Source: Planctomycetales bacterium (GTDB lineage: Bacteria > 4484-113 > JAFGCY01). From it: a stretch of DNA of 32,000 nt. Positions 6,931-14,380 of the stretch are shown here, piece by piece. The DNA is taken from positions 390,001 through 422,000 of the forward strand of contig CP060262.1 of NCBI GenBank assembly GCA_022646745.1. The letters run 5' to 3'. The stretch's first letter is position 1; each line of letters starts with the position of its first letter. Position numbers and translations under genes: made by a program. The notes beneath the pieces are model-generated. The model saw only the letters and a list, made by a program, of their open reading frames with translations. It was not told the DNA's origin and made no database searches.

Positions 6931-7662
6931 CTAAAGCCCGAACCCGCCGCTAAGGGTGAGCACCGAGCCGGTGGTCTGGCGGGCGGTCTCGCCCGTCAGG
7001 TACCAGACCGCGCCGGCCACCTCGCGCTGGCTGACCAGCACGCCGGAGGGCACATGCTCGGCGTCAAACTGCGGCACGCCCTCGGCCGCCAGCTCCGTGA
7101 TCCCAAGCGCAATGCAGTTCACCGTCACCTGGTCCGGGGCCAGCTCGCGCGCCAGGCTGCGGCTGTAGCTGGCCAGTGCCGTCTTGGCAGCGCCGTAGAC
7201 CGCCACCGCCTTGTAGCTGCGGATGCTGTCATTGCCGGTGCTGAGGAAATTGACAATGCTGCCGCCACCGATGCGCAGGTAGCGGTTGCAGGCGCGCACG
7301 GCATTGTGCACGGCCAGCACGTTGTCATCGAACACGCGGCTGAGCGTGGCGGAGTCGGTGCCGATGATGGTGCCATCGGAGGCGGAGCCGGAGGCGTTGA
7401 TGAGGATGTCGATGCCGCCCTCCTCCACCGCGACCTGCTCGGCGAGTTTGCACATCGCGTCGTAGTCCAGCGCATCACAGCGGTGGGTGCTGAGCCTGTA
7501 GCCGGCGGCCTGCATTTCATCGGCGAAGGCAGCCGCGCTGTCGCCGTCGCTCTTGAATACGGCATGCACGCGCTGGCCTTCCACCAGCAGGGCCTCGCTC
7601 ACCCAGCGGCCGACGCGGCGCGTGCCACCGACCACGATGGCAGTGCGGGGCGTGCCAGGCAC
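6931..7662 (-). CDS. Short-chain dehydrogenase/reductase (SDR) family oxidoreductase; the N-terminal GGTRRVG is reminiscent of pteridine-reductase/FolM-like SDRs
   Basis: TAIVVGGTRRVGRWV nucleotide-binding turn, NASG, and the catalytic Y-G-A-A-K (YGAAKTAL). 243 aa. Starts 6 nt after the stop of the upstream ORF, so an operon is likely. Confidence 0.85.
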   Translation of the reverse strand: MPGTPRTAIVVGGTRRVGRWVSEALLVEGQRVHAVFKSDGDSAAAFADEMQAAGYRLSTHRCDALDYDAMCKLAEQVAVEEGGIDILINASGSASDGTIIGTDSATLSRVFDDNVLAVHNAVRACNRYLRIGGGSIVNFLSTGNDSIRSYKAVAVYGAAKTALASYSRSLARELAPDQVTVNCIALGITELAAEGVPQFDAEHVPSGVLVSQREVAGAVWYLTGETARQTTGSVLTLSGGFGL

Positions 7663-7668
7663 GGGGAG

Positions 7669-8013
7669 CTAGTGTCCCCCCGCGGACTGCCAGCCGCGGA
7701 TCTTCGCCTCACAGCGCTCGTCGCAGAGATCGGCGATCTCGGAGAGCGAGCCGACGGCCGCTTCCGGATTGGCGATCTCCGAGCGCGGGCCGACGATGGC
7801 CTGGAAGCAGGGCAGGTCGTCCACGTTGCCCGGGTCGGACAGCGAGGGATAGGACACCAGCAGCTTGACGAGGTCGTCCACGTCCTCGAACAGGGTGACG
7901 AGGCGGCGGTGCCCGGCGACGCGGCCCGGCTCGAACTCCTGTTCGGCGATGCGCTTCATCACGCCGAAGTTGAGCGGATGCACCGGGGTGAAGTAGAGCT
8001 TCTCAGCGATCAT
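7669..8013 (-). CDS. Hypothetical protein (114 aa), family not recognised
   Basis: Clean ORF with GC-rich third positions like its neighbours, directly upstream of the SDR gene. TAGAAT (8028..8023) lies 9 nt upstream of the ATG. Confidence 0.55.
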   Translation of the reverse strand: MIAEKLYFTPVHPLNFGVMKRIAEQEFEPGRVAGHRRLVTLFEDVDDLVKLLVSYPSLSDPGNVDDLPCFQAIVGPRSEIANPEAAVGSLSEIADLCDERCEAKIRGWQSAGGH

Positions 8014-8022
8014 GATGGAGTA

Positions 8023-8028
8023 ATTCTA
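8023..8028 (-). promoter_or_regulatory. -10 box TAGAAT, 9 nt upstream of the ATG of the 114-aa ORF (very short leader)
   Basis: Plus strand ATTCTA at 8023-8028, ATG at 8013..8011. Confidence 0.4.
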
Positions 8029-8030
8029 CA

Positions 8031-8137
8031 GCAGAGAGCAGGGAGCAGAGAGCGGAAAGCAGGCTGAGCTAGCAGAGAGCTGAGAGCAGATAGCGGAGTG
8101 GGCTTGCAGAGAGCAGATAGCTGATAGCAGACTGATG
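8031..8137. repeat. Degenerate heptamer microsatellite (GCAGAGA-like, about 15 units)
   Basis: GCAGAGAGCAGGGAGCAGAGAGCGGAAAGCAGGCTGAGCTAGCAGAGAGCTGAGAGCAGATAGCGGAG... A short inverted counterpart CTGCTATCTGCTTTCTGCTTTCTGC is at 8305-8329. Confidence 0.75.
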
Positions 8138-8449
8138 TACTTCCACCTGCAAGCTTCGCTGCGCTCGGGCAGCAGTTTCGCCATGTGCAGCGGCTTTCTA
8201 AACGCGGAGTCGCGGAGACGCAGAGAATAAAGGAGAAGAGAAATCCAACGCTGGGTCGCTGGGGCGCTGGGAATCTCTAAACGAACAAGTTCCGGCTGCC
8301 GGGTCTGCTATCTGCTTTCTGCTTTCTGCAAACCGTCGGATTGCTTCGCTGCGCTCGGGTCACAGAACGGCAGTGTGTAACGGTTCTCTTAACGCGAAGG
8401 CGCGAAGACGCGAAGCGTTTCAAGGAGGGAAATATCAAATCTGAAATCC

Positions 8450-8746
8450 GTATCGGCGCTGCCCGGCAGCGCCAGCGCGCGTGATGCTGCGAAAGGGCAA
8501 GCCCTTGCGCGAGTGAGACTTCTTTACAGGAGAAACTGACTGCCTGAAAGGGAAGTAGGGATGGGGTAACACCCCATCCCGGTGGCGGTATTACCGCCAC
8601 CCTACTTCAAACTACAGTTCAAGCCAGTGTTGCTTTGAACCACCAAGCCACAAGAACACCAGGGCTTATGACAATCCCTACCTAGCGCAAGGTGGTGCGC
8701 ACGAAGAATCAGCTCGCGTGCTGGCGTCGCCGGGCGACGCCGGTAC
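8450..8746 (+). repeat. Inverted-repeat-bounded ~297-nt unit (family B, copy 1) containing Y element type 1
   Basis: Left end GTATCGGCGCTGCCCGGCAGCGCCAGCGCGCGTGATGCTG. The reverse complement of the right end is GTACCGGCGTCGCCCGGCGACGCCAGCACGCGAGCTGAT. Collinear with 10816-11105. Confidence 0.7.
8552..8608 (+). repeat. Y-shaped element type 1, copy 2
   Basis: GAAGTAGGGATGGGGTAACACCCCATCCCGGTGGCGGTATTACCGCCACCCTACTTC. Confidence 0.85.
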
Positions 8747-8864
8747 ATTATTAATGAAAGTTGATTCCATAAACGGAAGAAAAACTCTTTGTGCTCTGTG
8801 CTCTCTGTGGTTGGAATCTCAGAGTGCTCCTCTTACTCGTTGTGCGACTCGCGCCGCACCTCCG

Positions 8865-9191
8865 TCAGCTAAAAAGCTGAGCCAGCAACTCAGTATGCTG
8901 GCGTTCGCAAACTTCGCCGCAGGCGCGGAACAGTTCCTTTAAGTCGATCCAGTCATCCAGTTCCTCGTCCGTCGCCACATGCGCGATGAACCACTCCGGG
9001 TAGGCCGCAGCGTCATGGCGGCGCTGGACCAGCACGCCGAACAGGTAGTCCCCCGCCGGGTTGCGCATCACGAGCATGCGGCGCATGAGCTGCGGGTGCA
9101 GCGTGCAGTCCTCCGCGAACTGCTGGTAGACCAGCTCCGTTGTCAGCTCGAAATCCGGGCGGTGCTCGAAGCGCAGCTCGAACTCAGGCAT
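8865..9191 (-). CDS. Hypothetical acidic protein (108 aa), translationally coupled to xseA
   Basis: ATG 9191..9189 overlaps the xseA stop (sense ATGCCTGA). The longer ORF-track version (to 9332) would run 140 nt inside xseA. The product MPEFELRFEHRPDFEL... is not recognisable and is not XseB-like. Confidence 0.55.
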   Translation of the reverse strand: MPEFELRFEHRPDFELTTELVYQQFAEDCTLHPQLMRRMLVMRNPAGDYLFGVLVQRRHDAAAYPEWFIAHVATDEELDDWIDLKELFRACGEVCERQHTELLAQLFS

Positions 9192-10530
9192 CGCCGTCCT
9201 CGCGGCGCACGCGCATTTCACCGGCCGCCGGCTGCACGCGCAGCACTTCACCGGGGGCCACGTTCGCGGCATCACGTACGAGGCTGCCATCCTCACGCCA
9301 GACGAGCGAGAAGCCCAGCCCGAGCGGGGCACGCGGGTCGAGCGCCTTCAGGTGCTTCTCCATGTTGCCAACGCGCTGCCGGGCATCCTCGCTGGCATTG
9401 CGCGTAAGTCTGAGGAATTCGGCGGACAGGCGCGGCAGGCGGTAGGCATCCTCCTCCATGCGGCGCATCGTGAGCGTTGCCATCCTGTCCAGGAGCTCGC
9501 CGTGGCGGCCCTCGCTGCCGAGCCCGCTGTATTCCACGGCCAGCTCCGCCAGCTCATTGCCAAGCTCATCCAGGCGCTGGCTGCGCTCCTCCACGCTGCC
9601 CGCCACATCACGCAGCAGGCGGTGGTCGAACAGGCGCTTCAGGCGCTCGTTCGCATTGCCGAGGTTGTTGCGCAGCTCACGCACCAGCCGGCCGGTGCGG
9701 TCGCCGATCGCGCCGCGCAGCTCATTGACATCGGGGGTCACGACCTCGGCCGCGGCACTGGGGGTCGGGGCGCGGAAGTCGGCGACGAAGTCCACGATGG
9801 TGAAGTCGATCTCATGCCCGACGCCGGTGATCACCGGCGTCTCGATCTCCGCCAGCACACGCGCCAGCTTCTCGTCATTGAAGCACCAGAGGTCCTCGAG
9901 GCTGCCGCCGCCGCGCACGAGCAGGATGCTGTCGAGGCCGGGGAAACGGTCGGCGGCCTGCAGCGAGGCGATGATCTCGGGCGCTGCCTTGTCACCCTGC
10001 ACGCTGCAGGGGAAGAGCACGACCTCCATGTAGGGCGCACGGCGCCTGAGCACGTTCAGCACATCCTGCAGGGCAGCGGTGGCGATGCCGGTCACGATGC
10101 CGATGCGGCCGGCCACGGCGGGGGGGCGCAGCTTGCGTTCCGGGGAGAACAGGCCCTCGCCGTCGAGCTTGCGCTTGAGCGCTTCGAACTGGGCGGCGAG
10201 GTCGCCCTGCCCGCTCTTGATGATGTCGTCACAGATGATCTGGTAGTTGCCGCCCTTCGGGTAGACGCGCACGTCGCCATGCACCATCACGGCGTCGCCG
10301 TCGGCGGGCGGGCGGGCCTTGCGACGGCCGAAGCCGAACCAGGCGCAGGTGATCTGGCTGTCGGCGTCCTTCAGCGTGAAGTAGAGGTGGCCGCTGCCAG
10401 CGAGGCGCACATTGGAGGCCTCGCCCTTGACCCAGACGCTGCGCAGCTCGGAGTCGCTCTCGAGCAGCTGCTTGATGCGCGCGGTCAGGCGCGAGACGGT
10501 GATTTCGGAGTGGGCCGTGCTTCCTTCCAC
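9184..10530 (-). CDS. xseA: Exodeoxyribonuclease VII large subunit
   Basis: N-terminal OB-fold signature ITVSRLTARIKQLLESD..VWVKGEASNVRLAGSGHLYFTLKDADSQITCAWF, the catalytic core GIVTG..GAALQD..RGGGSLEDLWCFNDE, and a helical tail. GTG start with TATAAT 6 nt upstream. Confidence 0.9.
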   Translation of the reverse strand: MEGSTAHSEITVSRLTARIKQLLESDSELRSVWVKGEASNVRLAGSGHLYFTLKDADSQITCAWFGFGRRKARPPADGDAVMVHGDVRVYPKGGNYQIICDDIIKSGQGDLAAQFEALKRKLDGEGLFSPERKLRPPAVAGRIGIVTGIATAALQDVLNVLRRRAPYMEVVLFPCSVQGDKAAPEIIASLQAADRFPGLDSILLVRGGGSLEDLWCFNDEKLARVLAEIETPVITGVGHEIDFTIVDFVADFRAPTPSAAAEVVTPDVNELRGAIGDRTGRLVRELRNNLGNANERLKRLFDHRLLRDVAGSVEERSQRLDELGNELAELAVEYSGLGSEGRHGELLDRMATLTMRRMEEDAYRLPRLSAEFLRLTRNASEDARQRVGNMEKHLKALDPRAPLGLGFSLVWREDGSLVRDAANVAPGEVLRVQPAAGEMRVRREDGDA

Positions 10531-10536
10531 GGACTG

Positions 10537-10542
10537 ATTATA
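10537..10542 (-). promoter_or_regulatory. -10 box TATAAT, 6 nt upstream of the xseA GTG
   Basis: Plus strand ATTATA at 10537-10542, spacer 10531-10536, GTG at 10530..10528. Confidence 0.5.
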
Positions 10543-10604
10543 GAGGGGAGGCGACTCGCTGCGCTCGAATGGCGGAGAGGCAGGATGCAGTCACGAAGCC
10601 TATG

Positions 10605-10706
10605 AGTCAATGAGTCAATGTGTCAAGGAGTCAAGGAGTCAATGATTGGCGGCGTGATTCTCTCAAACGGATGTTGTTGACTGATTGACTATGTGACTAA
10701 GTGACT
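10605..10706. repeat. Third copy of the AGTCAA/TTGACT word palindrome (5 + 4 units)
   Basis: AGTCAATGAGTCAATGTGTCAAGGAGTCAAGGAGTCAATG ... GTTGACTGATTGACTATGTGACTAAGTGACT. Confidence 0.85.
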
Positions 10707-10815
10707 GCTGAATTGGCTCGCTTGCGCTCGAATGGCAACGAGGTATTCAGGGCGGTTTTATTAACACGGAGTCGCGGAGGGAATTCAAGGAGAAGAAACT
10801 TCACAATGAATATCC

Positions 10816-11105
10816 GTACCGGCGCTGCCCGGCAGCGCCAGCGCGCGTGATGCTGCAAAAGGACAAACCCTTGCACTAGTGAGATTTCGTGGCGAGAGAA
10901 GCTGATTGCCTAAAGGGAAGCAGGGATGGGGTAAGGCCCCATTTGCGGTGTCGGTATTACCGCCACACTACTTCAGACAGTTATCCAAGCCGTCTTTGTT
11001 CCTAAACCACCAAGCCACCAGGGGAAATGACAATCCCTGCCTCGCGCAGCGTGGTGCGCACGCAGTATCAGCTCGCGTGCTGGCGGCACCTGGTGCCGCC
11101 GGTAC
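10816..11105 (+). repeat. Inverted-repeat-bounded ~290-nt unit (family B, copy 2)
   Basis: The left end GTACCGGCGCTGCCCGGCAGCGCCAGCGCGCGTGATGCTG matches copy 1 at every position except one (GTATCGG in copy 1 versus GTACCGG here). The right end is ...GCGTGCTGGCGGCACCTGGTGCCGCCGGTAC. Confidence 0.7.
10917..10974 (+). repeat. Y-shaped element type 1, copy 3 (degenerate)
   Basis: GAAGCAGGGATGGGGTAAGGCCCCATTTGCGGTGTCGGTATTACCGCCACACTACTTC. Several stem positions are mispaired. Confidence 0.7.
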
Positions 11106-11118
11106 TGATTATCCTGAC

Positions 11119-11139
11119 CTGTTTCTCATTCTGATTCTG
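11119..11139. repeat. Inverted copy of the hexamer-word block
   Basis: CTGTTTCTCATTCTGATTCTG is the exact reverse complement of CAGAATCAGAATGAGAAACAG at 24842-24862. Confidence 0.85.
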
Positions 11140-11172
11140 CTTCTTCTGACAACTGACAACTGACAACTGAAT

Positions 11173-11224
11173 GGAGTGTTGGTCTCAGACCAACAGGGCC
11201 CTGTAGCTCTCAGAGCTACACTCC
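11173..11224. repeat. Y-shaped element type 2 (outer stem GGAGTGT/ACACTCC with two inner hairpins), copy downstream of lipoprotein paralog 3
   Basis: GGAGTGT TGGTC-TCA-GACCA ACAGGGCCCT GTAGCTC-TCA-GAGCTAC ACTCC. Confidence 0.85.
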
Positions 11225-11272
11225 GATTCTGACCACCGACCACTACTCCGGCGCGACCCGGCCGTGACCAAT

Positions 11273-14200
11273 TCAGAACTGTGGATTGTACTTCTGCTTG
11301 AGCCAGCCGATGATGTTCTGCAGCATGTCGGCGCGGGTCATCCCCGGCGGCTCCGACTCAGTGATGTTGACAGCGGCCCAGGGGTAGCCGACCACCCAGT
11401 GGCGGGTGTTGCCGTGGTTGCTGATTGCGTAGTTTGGCCAGAACCCAAGATCACGGTATGGGGCAACTGTAGTTCCCCAGCTCAGGTGTCCCAACCAGTA
11501 GCCATCGGCCTGTTGCTGGGGCGCGAGACCGAGCGACAGGCCTGGCAGGATGAAGAATGGGTCATCGTAGTATCCGATTCCTGTGTATTGCAAGCCAGTG
11601 CCAACGCTGAGCTGTGTCGCATGTTTTCCACTCGATCCATCCAGCAGGTAGTTCTCCCCTGACTTGCTCCAACTGTTTGAACGTCCCAGGAAGCCGAAGT
11701 CAGCGTTGAAACTGGAGGGAGCGGAACTGAAGTATTTTCCGGCACCCAACCCAGTTCCATCATCCGTGACCACGGCGGATGCCCAGCAATGCCTGTATTC
11801 CTGCTGAGGCACTGCATACGGAAGTGGAATGACATCGTAGTAGTACTCCCACCCGCCGAGCAAACCCAGGTCAGGAAAGTCATTGACCTTGGAGTTGTTC
11901 TGGCTCATCATCAGCATCGGCCGGCCCTGCTCAAGGATGGCGATGTAGTTGTCAATCTCAGCCGTAGTCCACATCGTCTCCTGGCGCGGCTCGATGGCAT
12001 CCGCCGGCCCGCCCCTGTACCAGAGGACGAGGAAGTGCCCGTGCGGCTGCAGGTCTGCCAGGATGCTGTCCGTGTACGGAATGACCTGCCAGTCCAGCCC
12101 GAGGCTGTCCAGGTCGGCTGTCAGCGCGGTGAGGTTGGCATCATAGCTGCCACCGTCATTGCGGATGATGGCGACATCGAAATCGCCACCGTAGACCACG
12201 ATGTCCTTCGTGACCGCCATCGACCCGACTTCATTGAAGCCGGCGAGGCTGACGGGATGGCTGCCGGGGCCAAGGCCGTCCAGCTGGACCTGCAGCTGGT
12301 CGACAAACTCATAGATGCCGTCATTGTCAACATCCCAGGCGAAGTAGTCAATCGCCGGGGAACCCTGCAGTGTTGTGACATCAAGGGTGACCGACAGCTC
12401 CTCATCCCCCAGCCGGGAGGGAGGATCGATGCTGAAGCCCAGCTCCATTGAGGCGCTGGGCACGAGGATCGTCTGGTACTCGATCGGCAGATCCTGCTTC
12501 AGGTACATCCTGATCCAGAACTGGGCGGAACCGCTGTTGATCTGTGCCTGGCCCGAGTAATCAAACGGCTCGACCAGGCTTTCATTGGAGAAACCCGGCC
12601 CGGACAGGCGAACATCTTCCACAAGGCCGTCCGGGTCAACAAGGTCCAGGCTGTATTCAAGTTCATACGGCCGGAAGTCGATCTCCGGGTTGAATTCGTG
12701 CATGTAGTATGGCGCCGTCAGGCAACTGGCAATCACCGGCTCGCTGATGGCCGCATTGCCAAACTTGTCACGCACCTCAAGCTGGACGGAAGTCTCAGAA
12801 CTGCCTGTGCAGCTGAACTGCCAGCTGCTGTCCGTGATGAAGCCGCCCTGCGGGATGCCGTCAAGCAGCAGCCGGCAGACCGGACTGGCACCCCAGAGGT
12901 TCGCCCGCCGTACTGTGAAATCCGCCGGCGCCAGCAGGACATCGTCATCCAGCACAGCTGTGACACTGGGCCAGGGATGCAGCTGCACGGTGCTGTCTGC
13001 CTCCCGGTACAGCCCATCAGTACCCAGCACCCTGAGGCGCACGGAATGCAGCTTGGCAATCTCAGGCGTGTATTCAAATGGCTCAGCCCCGCCGGTGACC
13101 TGCACTGCTTCCGGCTGTGAGTCCACATACCAGGCGTACTGCACGACTTCAGTGGTACCCCCAGTTATTGGTGTGAATGTGAAGCTGTGCGGTGCCACGG
13201 CCTCGCTTTCGCTCGGTTCAATGGCGACCGTCACCAGGCCCTCCAGGCTGAAGCTACTGAGCGCTTCAGAGCTGGCGCCGTCGCCGTCCGTAACGCGCAG
13301 CCGCACAAGGGAAGTGCCACCCATGAAGCCGGCGTCCAGCTGGGCAGCGGCATCGGCAAGCTCGAACTCGCCGTCGCCATCGAGGTCCCAGTCGTAGCTG
13401 GCAATCCCGCCGTCCCAGTCCGAACTGGCGGAGGCATCGAAGCTGACCGTATATGGCTCCGGGCCTTCCCCGACTTTATAGCTGAACTCCGCCTGCGGCA
13501 GGGCATTCAGCCTGTAACTGGCCAGCTTGCCGGGCTGCCCTTCAGTGCCTGAGCCTGCATCCCAGGCCGTGACGTAATACTCCATCGTCCCGGCTGTTGC
13601 CAGCTCATCCACATATGTGAAATCCCGGATGTCCCGCCGTGCCGCCTTCAGGAGGAAGGTCACATCACTCTCCGGCCCGCCCGGCCCCGGCAGCAGCTCA
13701 GTCTTCGCCAGCAGCGGAATGTGCCGGTACAGGCGGTAGCCCGTGATCCGCTCCTTCCAGTGCTGGGCGATCACTGTCACATCGGCGAGGCCGACCAGTC
13801 CATCCGCGTTGCCATCGATGTGAGAAAGAGTCCAGTTGTGGCTGCCGACGGAGTTGTCATCGCGGTCCCCGGCCGGCCAGTATATAAGTCCATCCGCTTC
13901 CTCCTCCGGCAGGTAGCTGACCTTCTCATTCCAGTGGATCGCCAGCGGTACAAGGTCGGAGGCGTTGACCTCACCGTTGCCATCGTAATCGCCCGGCAGG
14001 CGGGCCGTCCAGCTCAGTTCGATGCGGTTGAGCTGTTCATTCACATCGGAGACGCGCTTCGCCTGGAGGGTGAACACCTCCGTCCCCGCGGCCGGGGCAG
14101 CACTGGCATTGCGCTCGGTCCCGAGCCGCTCCAGTTCAGCAGCAAGGAACTGCTCCAGCTCTGAGAAGTCGGCTGCTTCAGGTGCAGTGGATTCGACAGC

Positions 14201-14380
14201 AGGCTGTATTGCATTGTCAGGTTGGCCAGCCGGTGACTGTCCGCGCAGGCTGTGAGGTTCCGCCCTGCCCTGCCGCGCCAGTTCACCACTGCCGGAGGAA
14301 CAGGCTGCCAGGCACAGCGCAAGCAGGGCCAGCAGGCCCGCTGCCAGACGCATCGACAAGTTGTCAGAACTGCGGGTCAT
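11273..14380 (-). CDS. Large secreted lipoprotein, paralog 3 of 3: lipobox signal, dockerin-like Ca-binding loops, FN3-like module, PKD/Ig-like repeats, C-terminal alpha/beta domain with variable insert
   Basis: 1035 aa. MRLAAGLLALLALCLAAC lipobox. GDYDGNGEVNASDLVPL and DGNADGLVGLADVTVIAQHW (dockerin/EF-hand-like). GYRLYR...YYVTAWD (FN3-like). FDASASSDWDGGIASYDWDLDGDGEFE...LRVTDGDG (PKD). An alternative start at ATG 14353 (MRLAAG...) would remove the overlap with the upstream gene. Confidence 0.85.
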   Translation of the reverse strand: MTRSSDNLSMRLAAGLLALLALCLAACSSGSGELARQGRAEPHSLRGQSPAGQPDNAIQPAVESTAPEAADFSELEQFLAAELERLGTERNASAAPAAGTEVFTLQAKRVSDVNEQLNRIELSWTARLPGDYDGNGEVNASDLVPLAIHWNEKVSYLPEEEADGLIYWPAGDRDDNSVGSHNWTLSHIDGNADGLVGLADVTVIAQHWKERITGYRLYRHIPLLAKTELLPGPGGPESDVTFLLKAARRDIRDFTYVDELATAGTMEYYVTAWDAGSGTEGQPGKLASYRLNALPQAEFSYKVGEGPEPYTVSFDASASSDWDGGIASYDWDLDGDGEFELADAAAQLDAGFMGGTSLVRLRVTDGDGASSEALSSFSLEGLVTVAIEPSESEAVAPHSFTFTPITGGTTEVVQYAWYVDSQPEAVQVTGGAEPFEYTPEIAKLHSVRLRVLGTDGLYREADSTVQLHPWPSVTAVLDDDVLLAPADFTVRRANLWGASPVCRLLLDGIPQGGFITDSSWQFSCTGSSETSVQLEVRDKFGNAAISEPVIASCLTAPYYMHEFNPEIDFRPYELEYSLDLVDPDGLVEDVRLSGPGFSNESLVEPFDYSGQAQINSGSAQFWIRMYLKQDLPIEYQTILVPSASMELGFSIDPPSRLGDEELSVTLDVTTLQGSPAIDYFAWDVDNDGIYEFVDQLQVQLDGLGPGSHPVSLAGFNEVGSMAVTKDIVVYGGDFDVAIIRNDGGSYDANLTALTADLDSLGLDWQVIPYTDSILADLQPHGHFLVLWYRGGPADAIEPRQETMWTTAEIDNYIAILEQGRPMLMMSQNNSKVNDFPDLGLLGGWEYYYDVIPLPYAVPQQEYRHCWASAVVTDDGTGLGAGKYFSSAPSSFNADFGFLGRSNSWSKSGENYLLDGSSGKHATQLSVGTGLQYTGIGYYDDPFFILPGLSLGLAPQQQADGYWLGHLSWGTTVAPYRDLGFWPNYAISNHGNTRHWVVGYPWAAVNITESEPPGMTRADMLQNIIGWLKQKYNPQF

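Noticed and set aside
8031-8137. Possible CRISPR array among the tandem word repeats (also 1285-1317, 27617-27660, 31371-31466)
   Set aside because: The units are only 6-8 nt long with no unique spacers. There are no 25-40-nt direct repeats at regular 55-75-nt intervals and no cas genes in the window.
8865-9332. Full-length 155-aa version of the ORF downstream of xseA, and the 248-aa version of the CYTH ORF (27900..28646)
   Set aside because: The N-terminal extensions run inside the neighbouring gene or across the promoter region and look non-protein-like (Cys/Arg/Trp-rich). Internal ATGs at 9191 and 28529 have stop-start overlap and SD support respectively.
5268-10605. Long antisense or alternative-frame ORFs inside recognised genes (e.g. 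5268..6176+, 5327..6034-, 7054..8067+, 9352..10605+; also 20773..21702-, 23415..24293-, 23635..24585-, 25773..26660+, 28502..29305-, 30231..31240+)
   Set aside because: High-GC genes routinely leave the opposite strand and off-frames open. The translations are Arg/Ala/Gly/Pro-rich with no motifs, while the chosen frames carry clear family signatures.
11417-11890. Diversity-generating retroelement (DGR) variable region as the explanation for the C-terminal cassette
   Set aside because: No reverse transcriptase or template repeat is in the window. The cassettes differ by extensive substitutions and indels at all bases rather than adenine-specific changes over about 100-150 nt. It remains worth checking genome-wide but is not supported here.
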